64,000 nucleotides of DNA from Bacteroidia bacterium (lineage in GTDB: Bacteria; Bacteroidota; Bacteroidia; M30B66): NCBI GenBank assembly GCA_965279035.1, contig OZ257142.1:1408001-1472000 (forward strand). The letters are read 5' to 3'. Below are positions 19,850 to 30,245 of the stretch, in pieces. The first letter of the stretch is position 1. The number at the start of each line of letters is the position of its first letter. Made by a program: the position numbers and the translations under genes. The notes under the pieces are model-generated. The model was not told the DNA's origin. It searched no databases and was given only the letters and a program-made list of their open reading frames with translations.

Positions 19850-20763
19850 TTTTTATCAAAGATAAGAGCATCCGATGGACGATTGTGTTTCCACCGTTTA
19901 TGCGACCAAAGCCAATATTCGGGTTGTTCGAGGATAGTTCGTTCTAGAAAAGAAACATGTTTATATGTAACATCTCCTTCATTTTCTAAAGCAGCATTTT
20001 CAGTAACTAGTTCGTATTTAAGCGTGTAATAGCCCCGTTTTACCTTATTTATTTTACCAAAAGCTACAGCCATTTCGTATTGGGCAGCATATTTTTCTGT
20101 CCCTTTAGCGAATACCGTTTCCTGATGAAGAAAATGCAACCACATTCCTTTCTCCGGTTTCGAAGGGCTTTGATCGGCAATAAAACCTGTAATGGACAAT
20201 CGATTTTTTCGGGCTTCTAGTTCTTGGAAAATTTTTCCTGCCTCAAGTAAATCGATTCCGAAGCGACTTCTCGAACGAATCATAGCTTTATTCATAACAG
20301 GATCTTTGATTGCCAGATAAACACCTTGAGGAATATATTGACTTTGAAGAGGTAAAGTAATCGCTGCCCATTCCCAATTTCCATAATGCCCAGTAACAGC
20401 AATCATCTTTTTCCCTTTTAGAAAATGTTCCTGCAATAATTCCGGATTGATCAATTTCATTCGTTTACTTAATTGGCTAGGTGAAATTGTAAACGACTTA
20501 ACGGTTTCTACAATCACATCACACAAATGGCGGTAGAATTTTTTCTCTATGAGCAGAATTTCTAATTCATTCAAATGAGGAAGTGCCGCTTTTAAATTTC
20601 GTCGCGTTACGTGTATACGGTATTTTGCTAAGCGATAAATGAGCACATACATCGCATCCGAAATAAAATATAAAACCGGAAAGGGAAGGATTGAAATAGT
20701 ATAAATCAAACCCAATAACGGATAGGAAAATATGCCCGTTATGCGGCTCCTTTTCTTCTTCAT
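19846..20763 (-). CDS. Lipid A / lysophospholipid acyltransferase (LpxL-like)
   Basis: GHYGNWE, ADQSP, PEYWLWSHKRWK. Confidence 0.88.
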   Translation of the reverse strand: MKKKRSRITGIFSYPLLGLIYTISILPFPVLYFISDAMYVLIYRLAKYRIHVTRRNLKAALPHLNELEILLIEKKFYRHLCDVIVETVKSFTISPSQLSKRMKLINPELLQEHFLKGKKMIAVTGHYGNWEWAAITLPLQSQYIPQGVYLAIKDPVMNKAMIRSRSRFGIDLLEAGKIFQELEARKNRLSITGFIADQSPSKPEKGMWLHFLHQETVFAKGTEKYAAQYEMAVAFGKINKVKRGYYTLKYELVTENAALENEGDVTYKHVSFLERTILEQPEYWLWSHKRWKHNRPSDALIFDKK

Positions 20764-20778
20764 AATTCAGATTCGCAC

Positions 20779-21390
20779 TTAACGACAATAAATTCTGATA
20801 ATGTCAAATGATTCAGGAAATCCCAAATCGGATGATTTACCTAAGTCGATGCAAGCTGCTTCTTTATAACCAGCAACGTATTCAATTACGCCACGTTTGT
20901 AATAGGCTTTTGCATTTTTAGGATCTAATTCAATACAGATATTGAGATCTGCAATAGCTTCTACTAAAAAGCCCGAAGCATAATTTGATAATGAGCGATT
21001 GAAATAAAATGCAGGATCATTATTTTGTAGTGAAATAGCATCATTAAAATCTTTTATCGCACCTACATTATCACCTAAAGCAGCTTTAATTAAACCTCGT
21101 TGATTGTATGATCGAGCGCTTTCGGGGTTTTTTAAAATGATGGCATTAAAATCCAAAATCGCTTTTTTATACTGCTGTTTTCTCGAAAGGCATAAACCCC
21201 GATTATACAAAGCGTCTTCAAAATCTGGTTGAATTTTCAAGGCTTTCGAAAAGCAATCAATAGCATCCAAATATTCCTCAGCAAGACCTTTTGCAGTGCC
21301 TTGATTATACCAATCGGCTGCAGTAGTTTGAGCAGAGGAAATAACTGATGAAAGAAGAAAAAAGGCAATGATTATTTTACTTCGTAACAC
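20779..21390 (-). CDS. Exported tetratricopeptide repeat protein
   Basis: Signal peptide; repeated A.YNRG / AI.DF..AI TPR units. Confidence 0.88.
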   Translation of the reverse strand: MLRSKIIIAFFLLSSVISSAQTTAADWYNQGTAKGLAEEYLDAIDCFSKALKIQPDFEDALYNRGLCLSRKQQYKKAILDFNAIILKNPESARSYNQRGLIKAALGDNVGAIKDFNDAISLQNNDPAFYFNRSLSNYASGFLVEAIADLNICIELDPKNAKAYYKRGVIEYVAGYKEAACIDLGKSSDLGFPESFDIIRIYCR

Positions 21391-21754
21391 CCGTTTTTTG
21401 ATTTGGTTGAACTGGTTTTACTTTTCTACCTACAGCATCTGCTGCACAGTATTTTTGTATGTATTCATTGGCTGGCTTCCAACCTAAAGCAGAGGCTTTT
21501 GAAAAATCCAAACAGGCTTTATCACGTTCTTGAAGCATCAAACTACACGTGCCACGCGCAAAAACGGCTTCGGCATAATCGGATTTTAAACGAATAGCCT
21601 CGTCCATTTTCAATCGTGCTTCGGCATATTTCTTCTCACCAATCAATCGAACTCCATCATTATATAAGGTGCTTATAAGAGTGGATTTGTCTTGAGCACT
21701 TGCACTCAAACTCAATAAAATGAGTCCAAATAAAATTTGCGAAATTTTTCTCAT
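21377..21754 (-). CDS. Exported tetratricopeptide repeat protein
   Basis: Signal peptide; TPR units; ACLDFSKASALG motif. Confidence 0.82.
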   Translation of the reverse strand: MRKISQILFGLILLSLSASAQDKSTLISTLYNDGVRLIGEKKYAEARLKMDEAIRLKSDYAEAVFARGTCSLMLQERDKACLDFSKASALGWKPANEYIQKYCAADAVGRKVKPVQPNQKTGVTK

Positions 21755-21757
21755 GGT

Positions 21758-22579
21758 TTATTGTTCAGTACAGTTAGCTTCAATATATAGTGCTGCTTCA
21801 TCGTTTCCTAATTCAGCTGCTTTTTTCCAATCATTACATGCTCCTTTTTTATTCCCAGAAAGTAGTTTGGCTGCTCCACGGCGACATAAAGCTTCATCAT
21901 TTTTAGGATTCATTTGGAGTGCTTTGTCAAAATCAGCAATCGCCTTTTCATGATTTCCGCTACTTCCATTCGCCATTGCACGATAAAAAAAGGCTTCAGA
22001 ATTTAAAGGCATTAAAGCAATAACTTGATCACAATCTTTAATGCAAAACTGAAAATGTTCATCTTCAAAACTAATCATCGCCCGATTCAAATAGGCTTCA
22101 GCAAAATCGTTTTTTAATTCTACTGTTTTATTTAAATCCTTCATTGCATCATCAGGACGTTCTAATTCAAGCCATGCAAGAGCGCGATTATAATACAATT
22201 CATAATTTTTAGGATCGGCTAGAATTCCTTTATCGAAAAAAGTGAATGCTTCCTTGTTTTTTCCATCATCAAAAAGAGCAATCCCATATTGAAGATAAAA
22301 TTCAGCTGTGGCAAGTTTCAAAGAATCCGCTTTGCGATAATCAAGTAGCGCTTCTTTCCGATTGTTCATTGCAATGTAAGCCTTTCCTAAAATGAACCAA
22401 TTCTCTGCAATTTCGGGTGAAATACTCACCGCTTTTTTCATTTTTTCTAAGGCTTTGGCTGCTTCTCCATTTTTCAACAGTTCAATGCTTTCAGTTCGGA
22501 ATGCATCAGTTTGAGCAATCAAAGTACATGTTGAAAATATGAATGCGATAGAAAGTATCAGGTATTTACTTGAATTCAT
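21758..22579 (-). CDS. Exported tetratricopeptide repeat protein
   Basis: Signal peptide; multiple TPRs; ACNDWKKAAELG motif. Confidence 0.88.
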   Translation of the reverse strand: MNSSKYLILSIAFIFSTCTLIAQTDAFRTESIELLKNGEAAKALEKMKKAVSISPEIAENWFILGKAYIAMNNRKEALLDYRKADSLKLATAEFYLQYGIALFDDGKNKEAFTFFDKGILADPKNYELYYNRALAWLELERPDDAMKDLNKTVELKNDFAEAYLNRAMISFEDEHFQFCIKDCDQVIALMPLNSEAFFYRAMANGSSGNHEKAIADFDKALQMNPKNDEALCRRGAAKLLSGNKKGACNDWKKAAELGNDEAALYIEANCTEQ

Positions 22580-22588
22580 GCGCTTGAA

Positions 22589-23164
22589 TTAGGAATGTGC
22601 GGCGATTGTCACTTTTATGCTGTCTTCAATATATCCGATTTCATAATGAAAACCGGCAAATTGGTTCTGACTTTTTACGACTTGATAACGTTGAACATAA
22701 GCATCATCAGCTTCTATATAACTTAAGTTTTTACCGAAGAACAATATCGGACGAACTTCCGATAGGCATGAATACAATGGATCAATCTGTTTGCTGAGTT
22801 CGTTTTTATCATTAGAAAGTTTACTCAAGTATGTCTCGCTACTAAAATGAACCAAACGTTGATTTCGGAAAGTGCAACGTAATATGGAATCACAACCGCT
22901 TATTGCATCGTGTTCTTTCCATTCAAGTGTGCTGTAATTCTCTAATCCGGTGGAATTTGTTTCTGAATAAACCAAGGTTTTTTCACGCACTTCTTGAAGC
23001 GTATCACCCAAAGCTAATGGATGGAGTGACATGCAAATTGGAATGGATGCATACAATCCTTGATCTGGACTGCCTTGATAACCTGACAATTGTACTGTAT
23101 CAGGAGAAGTGCACGAGCACATCGAAAGGATACTAATACCTAAAACTAGAATGATGTTTCTCAT
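22589..23164 (-). CDS. Hypothetical lipoprotein
   Basis: N-terminal hydrophobic stretch with lipobox-like MCSC; promoter TAGGTTTG at 23183-23190. Confidence 0.65.
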   Translation of the reverse strand: MRNIILVLGISILSMCSCTSPDTVQLSGYQGSPDQGLYASIPICMSLHPLALGDTLQEVREKTLVYSETNSTGLENYSTLEWKEHDAISGCDSILRCTFRNQRLVHFSSETYLSKLSNDKNELSKQIDPLYSCLSEVRPILFFGKNLSYIEADDAYVQRYQVVKSQNQFAGFHYEIGYIEDSIKVTIAAHS

Positions 23165-23182
23165 TGTCTAAAAATCAACTCC

Positions 23183-23190
23183 CAAACCTA
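23183..23190 (-). promoter_or_regulatory. -7 promoter element
   Basis: CAAACCTA on + strand = TAGGTTTG, upstream of the 23164 start. Confidence 0.5.
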
Positions 23191-23239
23191 CAAAAAACAG
23201 GGTGAATTATGAAGAAAATTGAATGGTTTGATGAAGAAA

Positions 23240-23761
23240 TTATTCAAAACCATCTTCTAAGGCTTCCATCTTCTTTTCGCTGAATTCGCCTTGAATCTGT
23301 TTCACAATTTTCCCTTCATTATTCAAAAGGATAAGTGTTGAAGTTGATTTTGCATTTTCTCCTAAAACAGAAAGCAACGGTGTGCAATCACTTGTACTAT
23401 AAAGCACATTGTTGATTATTTCAGAAGGGATTTCGGATTTTATTTTCGATTCTTGCGAGCGAATTATATTCCATTCAGCAGCATTTACCATAGTTAATGC
23501 ATAAAGATCGGCATCAAAAAAAGCATCCAACATGCCTGATTTCCGAATGAATTTTTGAACCAAAGGATCAATCCAGGTGCTTGCCGATTCCGTTCCTTTT
23601 TTTCCAAAAGTGATGAGTAGAACCGTATATTTTTTAGTGTTTCTGGGAAATTCAACACGACTCTCATCAAAACGATTTCCAGTTAAGTTGGGGAATTGTT
23701 GAGTAAAACCTTGAAACGAATATCCCAAAAGGAAGCAGAGAAAAATCCAGCGTGTAAACAT
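23240..23761 (-). CDS. Exported thioredoxin-like-fold hypothetical protein (no CxxC)
   Basis: Signal peptide; FPNLTG... N-terminus and LILLNNEGKIVKQIQG C-terminus typical of TlpA/AhpC-like folds. Confidence 0.6.
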   Translation of the reverse strand: MFTRWIFLCFLLGYSFQGFTQQFPNLTGNRFDESRVEFPRNTKKYTVLLITFGKKGTESASTWIDPLVQKFIRKSGMLDAFFDADLYALTMVNAAEWNIIRSQESKIKSEIPSEIINNVLYSTSDCTPLLSVLGENAKSTSTLILLNNEGKIVKQIQGEFSEKKMEALEDGFE

Positions 23762-23806
23762 GGTAAAAAACTGATTTTTCAGAACGTGGATTTAAACGCT
23801 TTATTA

Positions 23807-24976
23807 TCAACGCACAGATGAACGTCGCGCCTTTTCTTTGCTTAATAAACTCAACTCGCGACTGGTTTGTCCGGCTACAGAAGTATTCTCATCAGCACGG
23901 CGAATCAAATACGGAAGCACATCTTTCACCGGTCCATAAGGAACATATTTAGCCACATTGTAACCTGCATTGGATAGGTTAAAGCTAATATGATCACTCA
24001 TTCCAAGTAATTGAGAAAAATACACTCGGCTGTCGTTTTTAGGAATCTTGTTTTCATCCATCAATTTCACCAAAACGCCTGCGCTGTTTTCGTTATGTGA
24101 TCCAGCACAAATGGAAAAACGATCAATATGTTCAACCATAAAACGTAAAGCATCATCATAATCTCGATCGGTTGAGGCTTTGTCTTTTTGTATGGGTGAT
24201 GGATAGCCTTTTTCCAGAGCACGTGCACGTTCTTTTTCCATGTAAGCACCACGAACCAATTTGATTCCTGGATAAAATCCGTCTTTCTCCGCTTGTTGCT
24301 GAAGCTCTTTTAATTTCTGAAGTCGATCGTGTCGATACATTTGGAATGTATTGTAAACCACCGCCTTTTCTTTGTTAAATCGATGCATCATTTCCAACAT
24401 CAATTCATCCATGATTGGTTGAATCCAGGTTTCTTCGGCATCCATCATAACGCTGCGTTCAAGCTCTGATGCACGTTTGCAAATGCGTTCAACACGATGT
24501 CGCACTCGGTCGTATTCGCTTCGTTCCGATTCTGTCATTGTTTCGCCCGAACTGGCTTTTTCTAATAAAGCAAAACGAGCGATTCCAGTTAATTTGAAAA
24601 CGGAAAACGGAATATGATCATCCAATACGGACCGCTCTTGAGTATCAATGATTTCTTGAGTAGTACGGTCGAAATCAGCTTCAGATTCTTTTCCTTCTAC
24701 CGAATAATCTAGAATCGTATGCACATTATACTGAGCTAAATGTGCAATGGTTTGCTCACAATCCCGAATGTTTTCCCCACCACAAAAGTGTTGAAACAGG
24801 GTTTTCTTTATCATGTAACGAAAAGGAAAACCGATGCTTACGGCTATTCCAGCGAATGGCTTGGAAAATTTTACCAGTTGATTATTTCCTATAAAACGGA
24901 ACAACCACCAAGCTTTACTCAATTCATTATTGCTTTTACTTTTAAAAGCGATTTCTGTATTTTCAAAGGACACCAT
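23807..24976 (-). CDS. Monofunctional proline dehydrogenase
   Basis: SFENTEIAF, HFCGGE, MDAEETWIQ, KLVRGAYMEKER, QLLGMSD, KYVPYGP..PYLIRRADEN. The -7 element at 24995-25002 favours a start at 24976. Confidence 0.93.
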   Translation of the reverse strand: MVSFENTEIAFKSKSNNELSKAWWLFRFIGNNQLVKFSKPFAGIAVSIGFPFRYMIKKTLFQHFCGGENIRDCEQTIAHLAQYNVHTILDYSVEGKESEADFDRTTQEIIDTQERSVLDDHIPFSVFKLTGIARFALLEKASSGETMTESERSEYDRVRHRVERICKRASELERSVMMDAEETWIQPIMDELMLEMMHRFNKEKAVVYNTFQMYRHDRLQKLKELQQQAEKDGFYPGIKLVRGAYMEKERARALEKGYPSPIQKDKASTDRDYDDALRFMVEHIDRFSICAGSHNENSAGVLVKLMDENKIPKNDSRVYFSQLLGMSDHISFNLSNAGYNVAKYVPYGPVKDVLPYLIRRADENTSVAGQTSRELSLLSKEKARRSSVR

Positions 24977-24994
24977 TAGGCGCAGATTATTTGG

Positions 24995-25002
24995 CAAACC
25001 TA
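24995..25002 (-). promoter_or_regulatory. -7 promoter element for proline dehydrogenase
   Basis: TAGGTTTG on the minus strand. Confidence 0.55.
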
Positions 25003-25071
25003 ACAGATTTTATCATACGTCTCTATGATGTTTCTCAGCTTCTTCATACGGGATTGTGCTAATTTAGCCCC

Positions 25072-26154
25072 ATGATTTCAGAGATTCTTTCATCCAGTCC
25101 ACGCATTGTTTGTGGCGATAATGCCATCGAGTCCTGCATTTCGTTTGTGGAAGAACTTCATCCAGATCAGGTTTTTCTGCTCTGTGATAGGAATACAAAA
25201 ATTGCTTGTCTACCTCTATTTTTAGATCATAAAAGCAAGATTCAATTTCAGATTTTTTGCATCGATTCCTTGGGAGAAATCAATAAATCGCTCCTTGTTG
25301 TTGAAGAAATCTGCCGTTTTTTTCTCGAGAAAAATGCAAGTCGTAAAAGTCTTGTACTTATTTTGGGTGGTGGAATTTTAGGCGACATGGGTGGATTTGC
25401 TGCATCAATTTATAATCGGGGGATGCGTTTTATTCAAGTACCGACAAGCCTTTTAGCGATGGTTGATGCTTCAGTAGGAGGGAAGACTGGGGTGAATTTT
25501 CAAGACAGAAAAAATTTGTTGGGTCTTTTTCTATTGCCAGAAGCTGTTTTTATTTATCCACCTTTTATTCAATCATTACCAAACGAAGAACGCCTTTCAG
25601 GTTTTGCCGAAATGGTAAAGCATGCACTTTTGTCGAGTAGAAACGATTGGGAAAAAATACAGTTCATAAATCCTTTCGAAGAAACTCTTTGGGAACCTTG
25701 GATTATCCATAGTGTGAAATTCAAAAAACAAATCACGGAGAATGATTTTCGGGAACAAGGTATTCGTGAGCAACTCAATTTGGGACATACAGTGGCTCAT
25801 GCAATCGAAGCATGGTCAATGCAAAAAAACGAAATCCTTCATCACGGATATGCCGTTGCTGCAGGTATTCTAATTGAATTATCTCTTTCAAAACTTTGTG
25901 GAGTACTTCAAGACGATCAAATTCTTGATGAATACAGCAATTTTTTAAACAAGAATTTTCCACATCTGTTGTTTACTGAGTCCGATATCGACCAAATCAT
26001 AGAGGAAATGGGTCACGATAAAAAAAATTCTGCTGGGAAAATTACTTTTTGTCTTCTAGCAAAACCAGGTAAAGTGCTTTATCAACAACAACCAGATCGA
26101 TCTCTCATTCAGGCCGCACTCCTTCACTATATAGAGTATGCACGACGTTCTTGA
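25072..26154 (+). CDS. aroB: 3-dehydroquinate synthase
   Basis: GGGILGDMGGF, PTSLLAMVDASVGGKTG, LNLGHTVAHAIE, HDKK. Confidence 0.93.
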   Translation: MISEILSSSPRIVCGDNAIESCISFVEELHPDQVFLLCDRNTKIACLPLFLDHKSKIQFQIFCIDSLGEINKSLLVVEEICRFFLEKNASRKSLVLILGGGILGDMGGFAASIYNRGMRFIQVPTSLLAMVDASVGGKTGVNFQDRKNLLGLFLLPEAVFIYPPFIQSLPNEERLSGFAEMVKHALLSSRNDWEKIQFINPFEETLWEPWIIHSVKFKKQITENDFREQGIREQLNLGHTVAHAIEAWSMQKNEILHHGYAVAAGILIELSLSKLCGVLQDDQILDEYSNFLNKNFPHLLFTESDIDQIIEEMGHDKKNSAGKITFCLLAKPGKVLYQQQPDRSLIQAALLHYIEYARRS

Positions 26155-27379
26155 ATTGGTTTCTAGCACACGTCGTATCAAAGGAACGATCGAATTACCT
26201 GCTTCTAAAAGTATCAGCAATCGCTTATTGGTGCTCGAGAAAATGAGTAGTGGCAGAATTACAGGGATCGGGTATTCAAATGCTGATGATACATTCATTC
26301 TGAAGCAAGCACTTGAGCAAATGCCTAGTGAAATTCACGCGGGTGCTGGTGGGACAACCATCCGTTTTTTATTGGCTGTATTAGCATCTACACCCAATTA
26401 CGAAGGGGTTTTGCGCGGTACTGTACGTCTCATGGAGCGTCCAATTTCTCCATTAGTAGATGCACTTCGTTTAGCCGGAGCTGAAATTGAATACACACAA
26501 CGTGAAGGTTTTGCACCACTTTTTATTCGTGGAAAGAAATTGAAAGGAGGAAAAATACCAATTGATCCATCCTTCAGTTCTCAGTTTTTATCGGCCATGT
26601 TGCTCGTTGCTCCAGCCATGGAATCAGCACTTGAGTTAATTCCTCAAGGTGAAATTAGTTCTGCTCCTTACTTACAAATGACTGTTCAGTTAATGCAGCA
26701 ATGCGGATTTGAAATTGAATATTCAAAAGATAAAATTGTAGTTCAACCTGGCTTTCCGAAAAAAGAAATTCAAATCGAAATAGAGCGTGATTGGTCGGCT
26801 GCTTCCTATTGGTATTCATTTGTTGCATTATCTGATACGGCAAGCATCGAACTTCCAGGCTTGCATTTGAATTCTTTGCAAGGTGATGTGGATTGTGCTC
26901 GTGTTTTTAGTGAAATGGGTGTTCAAACCATCACTACTTCAAATGGTATTCAGTTGTTGAAGACTCCTGTTACGAAGAAAGAATTCCAACTGAATTGTCT
27001 TCATACACCTGACTTATTTCAAACGTATGCAGTTTGCATTGCTGGTTTGGGTTTAAAAGCTCAATTCACTGGATTACATAGTCTCCTTCACAAAGAAACG
27101 AATCGGCTGAAAGCAGTTGTGGATGAGCTTTCGAAGATTCAAGTACATTTCCAATTTCTTGAAAACAACGTACTTCAATTGGATGCATCAGAGATCAATA
27201 CGAATACACTTTTAATTGTAAAAACGTATGAAGATCATCGCATGGCCATGGCATTTTCGCCTTTGTCGCTTGTGTTGAAGAAAATTGCTATTCGGAATTC
27301 GGATGTGGTTTCGAAATCGTATCCCAATTTTTGGTCAGATGTGCGGAAGTCGGGGGTTTTAATAGCCGAATGGCATTGA
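26138..27379 (+). CDS. aroA: 3-phosphoshikimate 1-carboxyvinyltransferase (EPSP synthase)
   Basis: LPASKSISNR, GTTIRFL, SSQFLSA, KETNRL, YEDHRMAMAF, VVSKSYPNFW. Confidence 0.95.
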   Translation: MHDVLELVSSTRRIKGTIELPASKSISNRLLVLEKMSSGRITGIGYSNADDTFILKQALEQMPSEIHAGAGGTTIRFLLAVLASTPNYEGVLRGTVRLMERPISPLVDALRLAGAEIEYTQREGFAPLFIRGKKLKGGKIPIDPSFSSQFLSAMLLVAPAMESALELIPQGEISSAPYLQMTVQLMQQCGFEIEYSKDKIVVQPGFPKKEIQIEIERDWSAASYWYSFVALSDTASIELPGLHLNSLQGDVDCARVFSEMGVQTITTSNGIQLLKTPVTKKEFQLNCLHTPDLFQTYAVCIAGLGLKAQFTGLHSLLHKETNRLKAVVDELSKIQVHFQFLENNVLQLDASEINTNTLLIVKTYEDHRMAMAFSPLSLVLKKIAIRNSDVVSKSYPNFWSDVRKSGVLIAEWH

Positions 27380-27458
27380 ATCGATTTATCTTTCTTTAGT
27401 TTCCTCATTTTTATTTGTCGACTTTCAATAAAAAAAATCGACGGCTTATAAAAAGGAT

Positions 27459-27466
27459 TACCTTTG
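27459..27466 (+). promoter_or_regulatory. -7 promoter element for the cold-shock gene
   Basis: TACCTTTG, 19 nt upstream of the ATG. Confidence 0.6.
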
Positions 27467-27485
27467 CCGAAATAATTTTTTTAGA

Positions 27486-27680
27486 ATGAAAAATGGAACA
27501 GTAAAGTTCTTCAATGATGCGAAGGGATTCGGATTTATTAAGGACGATGAATCAGACAAAGAATACTTTGTACACGTATCAGGTCTAGTAGACGAAATTC
27601 GTGAGAATGACAAAGTTAGCTTTGATCTTCAGGAAGGAAGAAAAGGATTGAATGCAGCTAACGTACGTCGTACAGCATAA
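27486..27680 (+). CDS. Cold-shock protein (CspA family)
   Basis: GTVKFFNDAKGFGFI, YFVHVSGL, GRKGLNAANV. Confidence 0.96.
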   Translation: MKNGTVKFFNDAKGFGFIKDDESDKEYFVHVSGLVDEIRENDKVSFDLQEGRKGLNAANVRRTA

Positions 27681-27708
27681 GCTGATAATCACCATTTCAA
27701 CACATTAT

Positions 27709-27733
27709 AAGTCCTGCTTCGGCGGGACTTTTT
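27709..27733 (+). terminator. Intrinsic terminator
   Basis: AAGTCCTGC-TTCG-GCGGGACTT followed by TTT; UUCG loop. Confidence 0.85.
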
Positions 27734-27785
27734 CGTTTTATACATTCTTGACGAATCAATCAGTTTCATTGATTAATCTTGTAGT

Positions 27786-30197
27786 ATGATTTTATTCAGA
27801 TGTTTATGTAGCATTCTGGGCTTGTTTATTCTCAATACAAGCTTCGCTCAAACATTTGTCAATGTAGCACCTACTCAAGGAATCCAAGCCTTAGCATCCG
27901 GAAATTATGGCAATGGTGTTAGTTTTTATGATTGGAATCAAGATGGATTTGATGATATTACCTTGACCAATAAAAACGTACTTCCACGATTTTTTCAAAA
28001 TAACCAAGGGACATTTTCGGAAATATTCTTTGATGGAATTGTTACGATGGGCGATGTGAAATCGGTCAACTGGGTAGATATTAATAATGATGGTGCGCCC
28101 GATATATCTTTCAATTCTTATTTAGGGAAAGTGTATCTGTATTTGAATGATGGCAATTTCCATTTTACAGATATTTCAGCAAGTAGCCATATCATTCAAG
28201 ATCCTATTTGGGGCTATGCCTTAAGTTGGGCAGATTATAATAAAGATGGTTTTGTTGATCTGTATGTTTCCAATTACATGGATTCACTCATGGTGGGTGC
28301 ACGAACTAACTATCTGTACAAGAACAATGGTGATGGAACATTTGAAGATGTAAGTGTTTCTTCTGGAACTTCAAACGGCTATCATTATTCCTTTCAATCG
28401 GTATGGTTCGACTACGATAACGATTCTTGGGTGGACCTTTTTGTAATAAACGACAGAGTTATCAATCGTAATTATCTCTATCACAATAATGGAGATGGAA
28501 CATTTGCAGAACGAGGTATTGAATCAGGACTTGGCGTTTTTATCGATGCTATGTCGGCTTCTGTAGCAGATTATAATAATGATGGTTGGTTTGATATTTA
28601 CATTTCGGATACTCCAACACAAGGGAATTTCTTTTTCAAAAACAATGGAGATGGAACATTCTCGAATGTATCAGCGATCAATGCTGTGCAGATGTTTCAA
28701 TTTTGTTGGGGAGCTGTTTGGCTCGATGCAGATAATGATCGATTGCAAGATTTGTTTGTTCCTACAATTCCTTATTTACCTGTAAGTGCTCTTGGTTACA
28801 ACAGCTACTTTAAAAATCAGGGAAACACGTTTGACATTCAATTTTCTACAGGACTTTCGGCTGAATTTGGTTCTACATTTTCCTGTGCACGTGGTGATAT
28901 CAATAATGATGGTTTTTTCGATTTGCTCACACATAGTTATGCACCAATCGGAACACAAGTATGGCAAAACACTGGTATTGGTGGGAATTATCTTAAAGTT
29001 AAATTGGAAGGTGTTATTTCAAATCGCGATGCAACGGGTGTTCGACTTGAACTTTATTCCGGAGCGAATAAGCAGTATCGCTATACCCTAAATGGAGAGC
29101 AATATGTTAGTCAAAATTCTCAATGGCAGATTTTTGGACTCGGTTCAGATACTCACATAGATAGTCTTGTAATCAAATGGCCGAGTGGATGGCGTGATGT
29201 TTTTTATCAACCGGCAATAAACCAAAATTTCATTATTCGCGAAGGTTCTTCGATTACAAATCAAATTACTTTTTCAGGGAATGTTCGTTTTTGCCATGGC
29301 GATAGCTTGGTTTTAGATGGCGGTATTTGGGATTCATATGCTTGGTCGAATGGTTCTACTGAACGTTTTCTTACCGTAAAAGAATCGGGAAACTATACAG
29401 TTGATATTCAAAGTAACGGCTTTACTATTCCTGCTGATACGATTGCCATTATTGTTGATTCATTGCCACAAGTAAATGAAATCATATCGCAACCAAGCTG
29501 CTTTCAGTCAAACAATGGTTCAATTATCCTCGAGCATTTTTCAAGCAATTCGAAAGAGGTAATTTGGTCGGATGGGCAAACAGGGCTAAGTCGGGATAGC
29601 TTGACTGCAGGAGATTATCAATTCCAATTGACCGATATTCATGGATGTGTATTGAACGATACAATTCATTTAACTCAACCCGAAATACTGCAAGCATATA
29701 CAGAATTTAATCAAGATACCTGTTTGGGAATGTGGTCGGGTTCTGCTTTAGCAAGTGGTGGAACACCTCCTTATGTTAATCATTGGGAGTTTATGCAATC
29801 GGTCAGCGGTGTTCCCTTTTTAATCATAGAAGATTCTGCTTTTACTTGTTTAGATGCATCTCAATCAATCCATGTTGAATATGTAATTTCCGACAGTTTG
29901 GGTTGTACTCTGTCAGGCGATTATGATCTTGGAATTATTTTAGGTTTAGAAACCGAGTTAAACGAATCAGCAATACAGATTTTCCCTAATCCTGCAGAAG
30001 CTGTTCTAATTATCAATACGAAATCTTATCCTTGGCAAGTTGAAATTTTGGATGCACTAGGACGCATCGTTCGAAACAACATTCTTATTCAATCGAGCAA
30101 CTCGCAGCTTGATATTTCGGACTTAAATTCCGGTTCCTATGTGATCGCATTTCAAAATTCGAGAACAAGAACTTACCGGTCCTTTATAAAAAAATAG
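27786..30197 (+). CDS. FG-GAP repeat / ASPIC-UnbV (CRTAC1-like) protein with SprB-like repeat and T9SS CTD
   Basis: Seven D.[N/D].D repeats, SNRDATGVR...QIFGLG...IKWPSG (ASPIC/UnbV), PSC..NNGSI...LTAGDY..TD.HGC, CTD IFPNPA...LNSGSY. Confidence 0.88.
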   Translation: MILFRCLCSILGLFILNTSFAQTFVNVAPTQGIQALASGNYGNGVSFYDWNQDGFDDITLTNKNVLPRFFQNNQGTFSEIFFDGIVTMGDVKSVNWVDINNDGAPDISFNSYLGKVYLYLNDGNFHFTDISASSHIIQDPIWGYALSWADYNKDGFVDLYVSNYMDSLMVGARTNYLYKNNGDGTFEDVSVSSGTSNGYHYSFQSVWFDYDNDSWVDLFVINDRVINRNYLYHNNGDGTFAERGIESGLGVFIDAMSASVADYNNDGWFDIYISDTPTQGNFFFKNNGDGTFSNVSAINAVQMFQFCWGAVWLDADNDRLQDLFVPTIPYLPVSALGYNSYFKNQGNTFDIQFSTGLSAEFGSTFSCARGDINNDGFFDLLTHSYAPIGTQVWQNTGIGGNYLKVKLEGVISNRDATGVRLELYSGANKQYRYTLNGEQYVSQNSQWQIFGLGSDTHIDSLVIKWPSGWRDVFYQPAINQNFIIREGSSITNQITFSGNVRFCHGDSLVLDGGIWDSYAWSNGSTERFLTVKESGNYTVDIQSNGFTIPADTIAIIVDSLPQVNEIISQPSCFQSNNGSIILEHFSSNSKEVIWSDGQTGLSRDSLTAGDYQFQLTDIHGCVLNDTIHLTQPEILQAYTEFNQDTCLGMWSGSALASGGTPPYVNHWEFMQSVSGVPFLIIEDSAFTCLDASQSIHVEYVISDSLGCTLSGDYDLGIILGLETELNESAIQIFPNPAEAVLIINTKSYPWQVEILDALGRIVRNNILIQSSNSQLDISDLNSGSYVIAFQNSRTRTYRSFIKK

Positions 30198-30201
30198 GCA
30201 T

Positions 30202-30237
30202 AAAAAAGCAGCATTGACAATTCAATGCTGCTTTTTT
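30202..30237. terminator. Bidirectional intrinsic terminator between convergent genes
   Basis: AAAAAAGCAGCATTGA-CAAT-TCAATGCTGCTTTTTT perfect inverted repeat. Confidence 0.88.
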
Positions 30238-30245
30238 GGTTTTTC

